From NCBI GenBank assembly GCA_048884965.1, contig JBHLQH010000005.1, positions 110,157 through 174,156 of the forward strand: a DNA stretch of 64,000 nucleotides, given 5' to 3'. The DNA is from Candidatus Thorarchaeota archaeon (GTDB taxonomy: Archaea > Asgardarchaeota > Thorarchaeia > Thorarchaeales > Thorarchaeaceae). Position numbers and translations under genes: made by a program. Below, one piece after another: positions 1 through 8,932 of the stretch. Below the pieces are notes generated by a model that saw nothing but the letters and a program-made list of their open reading frames with translations, did not search any database and had not been told where the DNA came from. Positions within the stretch are counted from its first letter, which is position 1. Every line of letters begins with the position of its first letter.

Positions 1-102
1 TATTTGAGAGAATCAACAAGATTGTATATATCCTTTCTGAGAATTCTCTCATGGTATTAAGGTAAACATACTTAAATAGAAATTTCGTTTTTATCTCATA
101 TT

Positions 103-119
103 ACGTTTCTAAGAAACGT
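103..119. promoter_or_regulatory. Perfect 8-1-8 inverted repeat, possible transcription-factor site
   Basis: acgtttct-a-agaaacgt in AT-rich intergenic DNA. Confidence 0.3.
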
Positions 120-160
120 GACGCACGCGATGTTGCCTGGATGGGGTCTATGGGGTGCAA

Positions 161-283
161 TCCGGAGATGGTTTCGGTCTATATCTCTCTAGCAGAATCA
201 TTATTGCATATAATGGAACGATAGGACTGCATGAATCCCAGAAAGGATCAGGAGCATGTTTCTTGATTGAGCTGCCACTTTAA
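161..283 (+). pseudogene. Remnant of a histidine kinase HATPase_c C-terminus (G2 box to end)
   Basis: Manual translation SGDGFGLYLSSRIIIAYNGTIGLHESQKGSGACFLIELPL* fits the GxGLGL..I...GG.I....G..F.I.LP end of sensor kinases. In-frame TGA at 119-121; no N-terminal part present. Confidence 0.6.
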
Positions 284-285
284 CA

Positions 286-1719
286 TCAGGTAATTCCTTT
301 TTGACTCCCCTTTATCCTTCTTCGCAGCCTAAGACGAATCTCATTCATTTTCATTGATGCCTTTGTTTTGGATGGCCAGAATTGTTGGATTTCCTGAAAT
401 CCCATCACGTCGAAGTATAAGGGACACGCACCATTGCAATAATCGAAATGCTGACATTCCCTGCACCCCTCTGAAGCGTATTCTTTCTCTCTCCAGAACA
501 ATGAGGCTCTGTTGTACCATACTTTCTTGAATCCATCAGTCAAGATATTTCCTACTGGCTTGCTAAAACTAGAGCAAGGTAAAACTCCTCCTTCAGGATC
601 AATAGAGATCAACCCGTCGCACGCGGCGCACATCTTAGCTCCTAGCCCATGAGCTATTGGATTGAATAGACATACAGGTGTAGGAGCATACCACACAAAT
701 TGGATTTGTTTCTTCTTTGCTCGCTTCTGAATCCGTTTCACAATTTCCCCAATCTCAGAGAAGGTTATCTGAAGCTCGTTCCTCATCTTAGCAGCGCTGC
801 CAGTGTAAATGACCATATTCATACTAAAATACGACAGGCCCAAGACATCTGCGTGAAAATCAACTAGTTCTTCAAGTCTGTCAACGTTTGGACGACAGAT
901 TGTCGTGTTGCAATGAGTATAGATTTCAGTTTCCCGAAGATTCCTGATTCCCTGCACAGTTCTATCAAATGCTCCGCTAGTTCCAACAATAAAGTCATGA
1001 GTTGCAGCATCAGGTCCCTCGATGGAAACTTGTGCGCTATTGAGGTCTGCAGCAGCTAGATTCTCAACAAATTTCTTGTCACTGCAAAGCACACCATTTG
1101 TGATCAAGTTCATTCGAAGTCCTTTCTCCCTGCCATACTCAATGAGTTCAAAGATGTCCTTTCGTAGAGTAGGTTCCCCTCCTGTGAAGGATAAGCTCGG
1201 GACTTTTGCATCATTGACCAAGATATCGATGACTCTTTTCACCTCATCTGTCGACAGCTCACCTGAGTCACGATATGGAGAGAAGGCATAGCAGAATCTG
1301 CATTTGTTATTACATCGATATGTGAGCGCAATCTCACTAAGGACTGGATATTTGATATCTCCTGTTCCAAACGGTAGTATCTTTGCTGTCTGATATGAAT
1401 AGATGTTTTGATTTCCTGATACAATATTGCGTAAGTCATCGACAAATGCTGCGAGGTCATTCAGAACCTTCTGATTGTCAACCTCAAATTTAGTTGTGAG
1501 TTGCTTCACGACTCCTTCAGGAGTTTCTTCTGCCAATAGCAATTGCAACATGGTTCTTGCAGTTGCATTGAGATGCATTACTTTGTTGGGACGGAGTATG
1601 AGAAGGTTGTCCTCAGGTCGAACAAAGAAATAATCCCTTATCTCTCTCATGAACTTAGGTACCCATTTTAGATCATCAAAGGTATAATCGTAGTTCTTAG
1701 GATAATTTAAGGAGGACAT
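286..1719 (-). CDS. PqqD/RRE-domain radical SAM/SPASM peptide or protein maturase
   Basis: N-terminal RRE-like segment (LLILRPNKVMHLNATA...VLNDLAAFVDDL), CNNKCRFC (CxxxCxxC), FTGGEP, SPASM cysteines CAAC...GGVLPC...CRECQHFDYCNGAC. Start taken at ATG 1719; the ORF is open to 1770. Confidence 0.92.
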   Translation of the reverse strand: MSSLNYPKNYDYTFDDLKWVPKFMREIRDYFFVRPEDNLLILRPNKVMHLNATARTMLQLLLAEETPEGVVKQLTTKFEVDNQKVLNDLAAFVDDLRNIVSGNQNIYSYQTAKILPFGTGDIKYPVLSEIALTYRCNNKCRFCYAFSPYRDSGELSTDEVKRVIDILVNDAKVPSLSFTGGEPTLRKDIFELIEYGREKGLRMNLITNGVLCSDKKFVENLAAADLNSAQVSIEGPDAATHDFIVGTSGAFDRTVQGIRNLRETEIYTHCNTTICRPNVDRLEELVDFHADVLGLSYFSMNMVIYTGSAAKMRNELQITFSEIGEIVKRIQKRAKKKQIQFVWYAPTPVCLFNPIAHGLGAKMCAACDGLISIDPEGGVLPCSSFSKPVGNILTDGFKKVWYNRASLFWREKEYASEGCRECQHFDYCNGACPLYFDVMGFQEIQQFWPSKTKASMKMNEIRLRLRRRIKGSQKGIT

Positions 1720-1829
1720 TAAGCCACATCTAGAATACATAGTAATTAAGGCTTGGTTCGATTTCAGCATCTGAAAGGCTTATCAAGCTAGATTGATGAC
1801 TATTGATAACGCTTGGTGGAGAATTTAGT

Positions 1830-2228
1830 ATGAGCGCGAAGGAAACCAAACTACCTTACGGAATCATCAAGGATAAGAAACTGATAATGCACTTTAGCGC
1901 ATACGACATGGATCTTCCTGTCATTGCGGCTGGAATTCGAGAGCGTTTCGATGTTCTAAAAGAACTAGATGTTGCATTCTCAGGATTTGGAACAGAAGTC
2001 CCAGAAAAGATGACTGATCAGACCCCCGCGGTTGTAAAAGCCTTCTTTGAATATGTTGGGAAGGAGTCAGAGGCTGATGTTATCCTGAAGCGTGTCTATC
2101 ATCTCATCTGGGGTGGTATGATTCAAGAATTCCCAGACCTACTTGATTGGGCGACTGCAAAGGGTGATCTATCAAGTCTAACTCATGCGCAAGCTGATAT
2201 CATCAGGGCACGAAAAGGTGAGGAGTAG
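1830..2228 (+). CDS. Small soluble hypothetical protein, first gene of the unit divergent from the rSAM
   Basis: 132-aa ORF from ATG 1830 with GGTGGAG upstream; 29 bp gap to the next gene. Confidence 0.75.
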   Translation: MSAKETKLPYGIIKDKKLIMHFSAYDMDLPVIAAGIRERFDVLKELDVAFSGFGTEVPEKMTDQTPAVVKAFFEYVGKESEADVILKRVYHLIWGGMIQEFPDLLDWATAKGDLSSLTHAQADIIRARKGEE

Positions 2229-2257
2229 ATAGCTCCTATCATATCATTGGACGAACA

Positions 2258-4435
2258 TTGGAGATGGGTCCCAATTTGAAGAGAACTCACCGAAGCATTG
2301 TCTGTCTTTTCATTGTTGCACTAACAATGATGCCAAGCATTACATTTGCGACCGTACTAGCTCAGGCTGCTGAAGTGAACATTGATAGCGTTCGTGTTGA
2401 GGTGATTGTCCTACCGAATGGGAGGATCAATGTCACCTACTGGATGGAATTCACTGTAAAGAGTGGGTCTCTAGGTGGATTCGACCTATCAGGTATCCAA
2501 GAGAGTTCAATCTATGATCCTGCCCGTGCCTATGCAGATTATGATGGCACTCACTATCCTTTGGTTATTACACCTTTGGCAAATGGATATGGGCTTGACT
2601 GGACTCCTCGAACCCAAGAGGATGAATCCGTCCTCATTGTTTTTGGATACTTCAGTACTAACAGAATCATCGAAAAAACGACCGCAACTGTCACTCTTGA
2701 GGGATCAGGATCTACTGTCACTGGGGATTTTGGCGTTTTTAATTGGGCTCCTGTGCAATGGGAACAAGAGATAGGATATGAGAGTATCCGCGTTGTCTAT
2801 CCTATTATAATGGACCCCTCATGGATTACAGGAGAGGGTGGTATTACACCAGATGGAGCCGATTATGCAGGTTATGTTGTTGATTCTAGACAAGCTATTG
2901 AGGATTCTAACGGGAACTCTTGGGAGTATGATGAAGAGAACCTTTTGGCTTATCCTTCCTCCGCCAGTGCTTCACCTCGCAACTTTAGTCTAAGTCTTAG
3001 ATCCAACATCGTTCTCGCATATGACCACTTGCGGGTATTCCACTATACTAATTGGAGTTTCTATGAGCCCTTTCTTCAACCTGGCGCATTGTGGTACAGT
3101 ACTGAAGGATACATGAATGTGGATGCTGAAATCGAATTCGATGCTAGTATAGCTGTAATAAACATCGGTGATGGCGAACTCGAAGATGTTACTGTTACAA
3201 TGTCAGTTCCAGAGAATCTTACTTTGACTTCCGGGTCGACATCATACTATATTGGACTGCTGGATGGAGGAGAATATGTAACAGTAGAGTATTCTTTCAT
3301 TCCAGCAAATACTCCTCAAGTACTGACACTATCCTTCTTAGTATCCTCATCCGATTTGAATCAATCCCAATGGGTGACATTTACTTTAAGCATCTACGTA
3401 AGGGAATTCATCCCTCCCTTGATTCCACCTTCTTACCTCATATTTGGATTCGTAGGACTATGCGTGTTAGGAGTAGTCTATATCACTTATCGGAGGGTGA
3501 CCCGACGATATGGAGCAACATGGGAGATAGATGAAACAACGAGTGTCTATGAGAGTCCTGAGATAGGTATACAGACATTTGGCGAGCCTGGGACGGTCGC
3601 AGAACTGGATCCTATCGAGTCTGCTTTCTTTGTCAGTGCAAGTCGACAAAAGGTAGTATCTATGATTCTAATGTCGTGTGTCCGAAAGGGAGCTGTTCGA
3701 ATAATCTCAAGCGATCCATTGAAGCTGGTTGATACAGGAATCGAATTCGAAGATTTAACCTACTATGAACGGAAGTTCGTCGACGCAATAAGGGATAACC
3801 AACTGGACCCTGACAAGTTGGATGACATGCTTGAGGAATTAGCAGAGAAGGTCCAAGAGAAATCATGGAATGCCGATTTCGATGCTACTCGCGCACACCA
3901 TGATGAGATGGTCGACGGTGCTTGGAACGAGTTGGAATCCCAGCCAACCTTGGACGGTCGGACTGATTATTACTTCAATCAGCAATATCACGGAGGATGG
4001 GCTTGGTACTGGCTCTATATGCATCCCCATCATGACCGTGATCTTCCACGTACATTCACCCCTCCTGGTGGAACTATAGCAGCACCTCGTATCCCAGACT
4101 GGTTCAGTCAGATGGCGGAAGCTACGGGCAACGTTGTCACAGAAACTGGGCGCGTTATCGGAGATATTGGGGCAACAACTGCAAAAATAATGGGGAATGT
4201 AGCGAATACAATTGGTACCGTCTTCACTAATGTCGGTGAAATCGTACGAGCTCCTTTGAAGCCAATTCTTGAAGGCACAAGTCGCTGTGTATCACATGAT
4301 GCGTGTCACTCAGCATGTGTTTCGCATGATGCATGTCACTCCGCATGTCATAGCGCATGTCATAGTGCGTGTGTATGCCACAGTGCATGTCACTCCGCAT
4401 GTCATAGCGCGTGTGTTTCCGGAGGATTCAGATAG
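2258..4435 (+). CDS. Single-pass membrane protein (DUF2207-like N-terminus, Ig-like domain, TM, cytoplasmic domain) with Cys/His-repeat tail; candidate rSAM substrate
   Basis: Signal-like N-terminus, VEVIVLPNGRINVTY, Ig-like VINIGDGELEDVTVT, TM YLIFGFVGLCVLGVVYITYRR, tail (CHSA)n...CVSGGFR. Confidence 0.85.
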   Translation: MEMGPNLKRTHRSIVCLFIVALTMMPSITFATVLAQAAEVNIDSVRVEVIVLPNGRINVTYWMEFTVKSGSLGGFDLSGIQESSIYDPARAYADYDGTHYPLVITPLANGYGLDWTPRTQEDESVLIVFGYFSTNRIIEKTTATVTLEGSGSTVTGDFGVFNWAPVQWEQEIGYESIRVVYPIIMDPSWITGEGGITPDGADYAGYVVDSRQAIEDSNGNSWEYDEENLLAYPSSASASPRNFSLSLRSNIVLAYDHLRVFHYTNWSFYEPFLQPGALWYSTEGYMNVDAEIEFDASIAVINIGDGELEDVTVTMSVPENLTLTSGSTSYYIGLLDGGEYVTVEYSFIPANTPQVLTLSFLVSSSDLNQSQWVTFTLSIYVREFIPPLIPPSYLIFGFVGLCVLGVVYITYRRVTRRYGATWEIDETTSVYESPEIGIQTFGEPGTVAELDPIESAFFVSASRQKVVSMILMSCVRKGAVRIISSDPLKLVDTGIEFEDLTYYERKFVDAIRDNQLDPDKLDDMLEELAEKVQEKSWNADFDATRAHHDEMVDGAWNELESQPTLDGRTDYYFNQQYHGGWAWYWLYMHPHHDRDLPRTFTPPGGTIAAPRIPDWFSQMAEATGNVVTETGRVIGDIGATTAKIMGNVANTIGTVFTNVGEIVRAPLKPILEGTSRCVSHDACHSACVSHDACHSACHSACHSACVCHSACHSACHSACVSGGFR
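4286..4432 (+). repeat. Coding tandem repeat: CVSHDA x2, CHSA x7 (49 aa, 11 Cys, 9 His)
   Basis: 12-nt units TGY CAY (TCA/TCC/AGC/AGT) GCR read directly from the sequence. Confidence 0.95.
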
Positions 4436-4490
4436 AAGTACCGGAGCCGACACCTTCTTAGCCCCCTTTTTTTCCAGTTTCATGATTACG

Positions 4491-5711
4491 ATGGACCCCA
4501 TCGAAAGCTTCGTACAAATCTGCGGTGAGGTTGGCCACTTCACAGAACGCATTACAGGCGTCAATCTTGTTGATGCCTACATGGGACCTGAGGAGCTCGC
4601 TCCTCACAAACAGAGGACAGATTCAAACGCTCAGACTCTCTTTTCGAAGCTCGATTATCTCATCGACAATATTGAGGATAATATAGAGGAGGATCTGAGA
4701 AGAAGGTACTTGCTTGGGGAAGTAGATTCCCTAATTGCTGCAGTTAGAGTCTTCTCAGGTGAGCCAATGAGCTACGCTGATGCAGTCGAAAGCATGTTTC
4801 ATATTCCAATGCGAGGTTTTCCTGAAAGGGAAATACAACACTGGATTGACATTGTTGAGGACTTACTCTCAAATGCTCCTGGTGGTACTCTTCTTGAAAA
4901 GGTGGATTTGTTCTCAAAGGAAGGAGAAGTGACCGGGGATCAACTTCGTAATCTAATCATGAACGACCTCCAAAAGAAGTCACAAGAAGTAGGATTGCTA
5001 TTTCGGGATCGCATCTATTCTATCATGGGACAAAGTGTCAAAGATAACGGTGTAGAGTACAAATGCGTATTGGATAAACCGTGGAGTGGATACAACTGGT
5101 ATCAGGGTGGATTCAAATCTCTCAATGAATTCAACATTGAGCGACCTTTCAATCGTGATTCCTTGAAGGCTGTCATTTATCACGAGTATGAGCACCATGT
5201 ATCCAATCTATGGCGCGAACAGGTCTATCTCGAAACAGGTAATTTGGAACTATCCATCGTCCCACTACATACTGGTAGGTGTGTGATTTCTGAAGGGACT
5301 GCAGATACAGCAAAGGAATTCTTGGATATAGGACTAGACGATGATCGTACTAGTGTAATTGATGCTCTCTATATACTTCGCAGAATGACAAGTATCAATG
5401 CGGCAATCATGCTTAACAGCGAAAACAAGAGCATTGACAAGGCAGTAGAATATCTCATGGAATATGGTCTAAGAGATGAGGTTTCTGCACGAGGCTCAAT
5501 TGGATTCATTCAACCCAGACAATCTGATGGACGACCGAACTTCTTTGCACCATATGTCTTTACATACTACTTTGGTAGGACTGACTTTGTACGTCCAACA
5601 TTCCTGAAGGCGAAGAAAGAGAACCAGCTTGTGGAGTTCTATCGCACAGTGTATCTCAATCAATACTCAGGTTCAAGTCTTACTTGGAAGGAAGCTTTTG
5701 AGTGGTTGTGA
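4491..5711 (+). CDS. Putative zinc metallopeptidase (HExxH, DUF885-like)
   Basis: YHEYEHH plus downstream SEGTAD Glu and C-terminal YVFTYYFG. True start is probably ATG 4482 or 4491, not 4269. Confidence 0.7.
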   Translation: MDPIESFVQICGEVGHFTERITGVNLVDAYMGPEELAPHKQRTDSNAQTLFSKLDYLIDNIEDNIEEDLRRRYLLGEVDSLIAAVRVFSGEPMSYADAVESMFHIPMRGFPEREIQHWIDIVEDLLSNAPGGTLLEKVDLFSKEGEVTGDQLRNLIMNDLQKKSQEVGLLFRDRIYSIMGQSVKDNGVEYKCVLDKPWSGYNWYQGGFKSLNEFNIERPFNRDSLKAVIYHEYEHHVSNLWREQVYLETGNLELSIVPLHTGRCVISEGTADTAKEFLDIGLDDDRTSVIDALYILRRMTSINAAIMLNSENKSIDKAVEYLMEYGLRDEVSARGSIGFIQPRQSDGRPNFFAPYVFTYYFGRTDFVRPTFLKAKKENQLVEFYRTVYLNQYSGSSLTWKEAFEWL

Positions 5712-5718
5712 TATATTC

Positions 5719-6741
5719 TCAGAGAGAAATCTTTCCATCCTTCATGACTACGCGTTTACGACCATCTGCATAAGATATTGTAACTGTTGGCTTGCCTACG
5801 AGGAAATCTTGATGGTTCGCTGAGTTGTTTGCTACGATGCCAGGATAGTCCATATTGTTACCAAAGGCAACATGGATCGCATTGCCCACCTTCTCACTCT
5901 CCAAGAATTCTTCCACGATTCTAGCCTTTGGATTCAAACCAAACGCGAATTCACCTATGTGTTTCGCCATCTCATCAGTTGCTTGAGTATCGATTATAAT
6001 CTTCAATGCATCCTTGTCTTCACATTCAACAGATATTACCTTGCCATTCTCCGTCTTGATCGTAACAGGTTTCTTCAAAGGTCCTACTCCACCAACTGCT
6101 AGGTCACATACAAGAGTTCCATTCATCGATGTTTCAACAGGCCCCACCAATACTTCTCCTGTAGGGAGGTTCATCCATTTCATATCCTTCCAGTTCAAGA
6201 AGGTGTCAGAGAACCATGTTCTTCCTTTGACGCTAAATGTGAAATCGGAGCCCGAGGGCGAGGTCACATGTACTGATTCCACGTCTTGAAGACTTGCGAG
6301 TAGGTTTCTAGCATATTGCTGCATAGTAGCATTTTCTTCTCTGGACAATGAGAGTGCTCCTTCAGTTAGCATCTCCATATTGATACCTGGACAGTGACCC
6401 AATCTTGATCGTCCTTTTCGTGTTTCAAGTTTGATGATGCTTATTCTAAATGGTGTTTCTTGAGCATTTCCTCTAAGAATGTTGATGAAAATATCAGGTT
6501 GTCTGGGAGAATTAATCATCTCAATAAGCTCTGGGGGAGGTACCTTTCTGAATTCACGCTCGCTCGTTTCAAGAACTAGCATTCTGGTCCAAAGACCTAG
6601 TCTGAGCGCTCCCTCCGCAAAAACAGTACCAACATCCTTTCTGACATCGTCAGTGATTATTAAGATAGATTCACCCGGTCGTGCCTCTAGAACAGATTCC
6701 AATGCATTTGCAGCTGCTTCTCGTGGGTCCATCAATAACAC
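5719..6741 (-). CDS. Aminopeptidase, thermophilic metalloprotease (M29-like) family
   Basis: NLPTGEV, IGEFAFGLNP, ESEKV, HVAFG and HQD motifs. Confidence 0.85.
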   Translation of the reverse strand: MLLMDPREAAANALESVLEARPGESILIITDDVRKDVGTVFAEGALRLGLWTRMLVLETSEREFRKVPPPELIEMINSPRQPDIFINILRGNAQETPFRISIIKLETRKGRSRLGHCPGINMEMLTEGALSLSREENATMQQYARNLLASLQDVESVHVTSPSGSDFTFSVKGRTWFSDTFLNWKDMKWMNLPTGEVLVGPVETSMNGTLVCDLAVGGVGPLKKPVTIKTENGKVISVECEDKDALKIIIDTQATDEMAKHIGEFAFGLNPKARIVEEFLESEKVGNAIHVAFGNNMDYPGIVANNSANHQDFLVGKPTVTISYADGRKRVVMKDGKISL

Positions 6742-6808
6742 CTACCTTTGACGATGACCTTACCTGTTTTAGACTCTTCTGATTGAAGTCATTGGAAAAA
6801 GAAACGAG

Positions 6809-6835
6809 GGAGTGATGTCCGATTTCCATCACTCC
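6809..6835 (-). terminator. Hairpin followed by a pyrimidine tract after the 6845-8230 gene
   Basis: ggagtgatg/catcactcc 9-bp stem; the minus strand continues ctcgtttctttttcc. Confidence 0.55.
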
Positions 6836-6844
6836 AGATGATTT

Positions 6845-8230
6845 CTATTGATTCTTTGCGCTTGTGTATGCTCGGTCAAGCTCCTTGTTCATATCAGCAG
6901 GAATTCGTGTCTTTCCTGAGATATCACCTTCCTTCTTACGAATAAAGATGTACAGGAGTGTGACATACACAATATCGAAGGTTCTTAGAATCAAGGTGCT
7001 CGGAATCGCTGCGAAGATCAAGAAGAGTATCGCAAGCAGTATAGTTGTCAAGATGTCTCCAGCTGAGAGGAACCAGCCAATTACCGCTCCTCCCACAGTA
7101 AAGGAGAAGAACACAAAGAACGCCAGGACACCGAAACCCCAGCGCACTGCTGTTTCCTTGATGATGACATCAACGAAGTTGTTCTTCACAAGACTTGCAC
7201 TTGTCTTGATTCCATCCTTTGCTCCCTTTTCTTCTGCGACCATCACAGGGATGGTGAAATAATTGATGAGCGCCCATACCCAATTTATGATTCCTGCCGC
7301 GATGCCTCCAACAGCTCGTCCTGCAACGCCTTGATTCCTAGTAAGTGCTCGAATAGCCATTACGATCAGCCGCACAATGACTCCTGCAATGCTAAGTACG
7401 ATAATACCTCCGATCACATTCAAGGCTCCCTTGATGCCATCTCCCAGACCCGGATCTTGACCTCTCATGTAGATGTAAACCATTCCTGATGAAGTTGCAT
7501 AGGCAAAGTTGTAGAAGAATATTGTAACAAAGAGATACAGGACTAAACCAACGATCAATGGCCAACCATTCTCTACTGTAATAGTGGCAGTCCCAGCTAC
7601 GAATTCATCTAGTGGAATGCCCATGAAGTCTGCTAATGTAAATGTAATAGCTGCGAAGAGAATTGCTGAAACCAATGTGAAAATCATCGTTAGCAGTGGA
7701 GGAACGAACACTCCTTTCTCATCAAGACAAACTCTCCCTGTAAGTTTGATTATCTCTCCAGCTCTCTTTACACGATCCTTGAACACTGTGAATAGAAGAA
7801 CCGTTATGAGAAGAGTGAATAGCCCAGGGATCATAATTGGCCAAGCAGCAATAAGGGCTGCAAAGTTGAAACCTGTGGCTACCCAGAGTAGAATTACTCC
7901 AAGCCAAGTCATGACGTTCATGAAGATTGCCCCAATGTAAATCAGCGTTCCACCAAGCCTATTGGCAAGTGCTGAGGCCCCGATTCCCACTAAAATGGTG
8001 AATAAGATGATTGCACCAAAGAATCCTGCAATGTATATCATATTATCCAAAAAGAAGGTATCAATTCCCAGTGAAGCTATGATGGCAGAAATGTCAAATT
8101 TCTCCCACAGATACATTAGAGAATATACACCTGCTGCAATGAACGCTCCAAACACAACAAGGAGTCCAGCTATCGCTCCTTTATGGGAAGGATAGTTCTC
8201 CTTCGTATGATAGGTTAACAAATCCGTCAT
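6845..8230 (-). CDS. Polytopic membrane protein, choline-transporter-like (CTL/SLC44) or DUF6159-like
   Basis: About 10 hydrophobic segments; DRVKRAGEIIKLTGRV..P and WALINYFTIPVMVAEEKGAKDGIKTSASLV motifs. Confidence 0.6.
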   Translation of the reverse strand: MTDLLTYHTKENYPSHKGAIAGLLVVFGAFIAAGVYSLMYLWEKFDISAIIASLGIDTFFLDNMIYIAGFFGAIILFTILVGIGASALANRLGGTLIYIGAIFMNVMTWLGVILLWVATGFNFAALIAAWPIMIPGLFTLLITVLLFTVFKDRVKRAGEIIKLTGRVCLDEKGVFVPPLLTMIFTLVSAILFAAITFTLADFMGIPLDEFVAGTATITVENGWPLIVGLVLYLFVTIFFYNFAYATSSGMVYIYMRGQDPGLGDGIKGALNVIGGIIVLSIAGVIVRLIVMAIRALTRNQGVAGRAVGGIAAGIINWVWALINYFTIPVMVAEEKGAKDGIKTSASLVKNNFVDVIIKETAVRWGFGVLAFFVFFSFTVGGAVIGWFLSAGDILTTILLAILFLIFAAIPSTLILRTFDIVYVTLLYIFIRKKEGDISGKTRIPADMNKELDRAYTSAKNQ

Positions 8231-8370
8231 TTATCGATCTACTCCTCCAACGAGCAAATATATTCCCCTCTCTAACGACACAGCTTGTTAAATATTCCCA
8301 CTGACCTTGCTTTCATCCAATAAGCTCGCATATCGCAAGTCCTTTTAATTGAAATCTGCCAATGTCTTCC

Positions 8371-8841
8371 ATGCAAAATATTCTCTATTGTGAACCAGGA
8401 CGAATCTTTTGTAGGTCGAAACGTGTTCTTCTTGCTGTTGATGGAAGTGATAGGGCTGCAAGAGCTGCTTCCGTGGCATTTGAGATAGCTGAAATGACAG
8501 GGTCAAAGATACACATCATTCATGTGATACCTACCGCTTCCGTTCAACAAATAGCACTCATGACGGACGGAGATATTGAGGAAATCAAGCGGAAATACTC
8601 AGAAAATGGAAGACGCCTTCTGGAGGGCTACAAGAAAGCTGCAGAGGATTATCATCTTGAAGTTGAGCTCATCCTTGAAGAGGGACGACCTGCTAATCGC
8701 ATTGTACTCTATGCAAATGAAAATGAGATAGACTTGGTCGTCATGGGTTCTAGAGGTCCTAGAACTGGAAAACGAGTTGATATGGGAAGCGAAACCGAGC
8801 GCGTTGTCGAAGGAACAGAATGTCCTGTGATTATAGTATGA
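8371..8841 (+). CDS. Universal stress protein (UspA family)
   Basis: LLAVDGS, G.P...I, DLVVMGSRG, GSETERVV, CPVIIV; start may be 8362. Confidence 0.92.
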   Translation: MQNILYCEPGRIFCRSKRVLLAVDGSDRAARAASVAFEIAEMTGSKIHIIHVIPTASVQQIALMTDGDIEEIKRKYSENGRRLLEGYKKAAEDYHLEVELILEEGRPANRIVLYANENEIDLVVMGSRGPRTGKRVDMGSETERVVEGTECPVIIV

Positions 8842-8932
8842 TTCGATATATTTGAATAATGATCTTTTCTAGAGCTTGGTTCTAGACAAATGCATATTAC
8901 CAAAGTCATAGCCAATACTACTGGGATATCGA

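Noticed and set aside
4286-4432. CHSACH read as CX3CH heme-c attachment sites (multiheme cytochrome)
   Set aside because: The motifs overlap and share cysteines, none is canonical CxxCH, the tail is predicted to be cytoplasmic, and no cytochrome maturation genes are nearby. Not strictly excluded.
4286-4432. CRISPR or mini-array interpretation of the DNA repeat
   Set aside because: The units are 12-nt coding repeats with no spacers, and there are no cas genes.
4269-4564. Alternative-frame repeat peptides (HVTPHVIA in ORF 4269+; MTCGVTC in ORF 4310-4564 minus) as separate precursors
   Set aside because: These are shadows of the CHSA repeat: variation is synonymous only in the CHSA frame.
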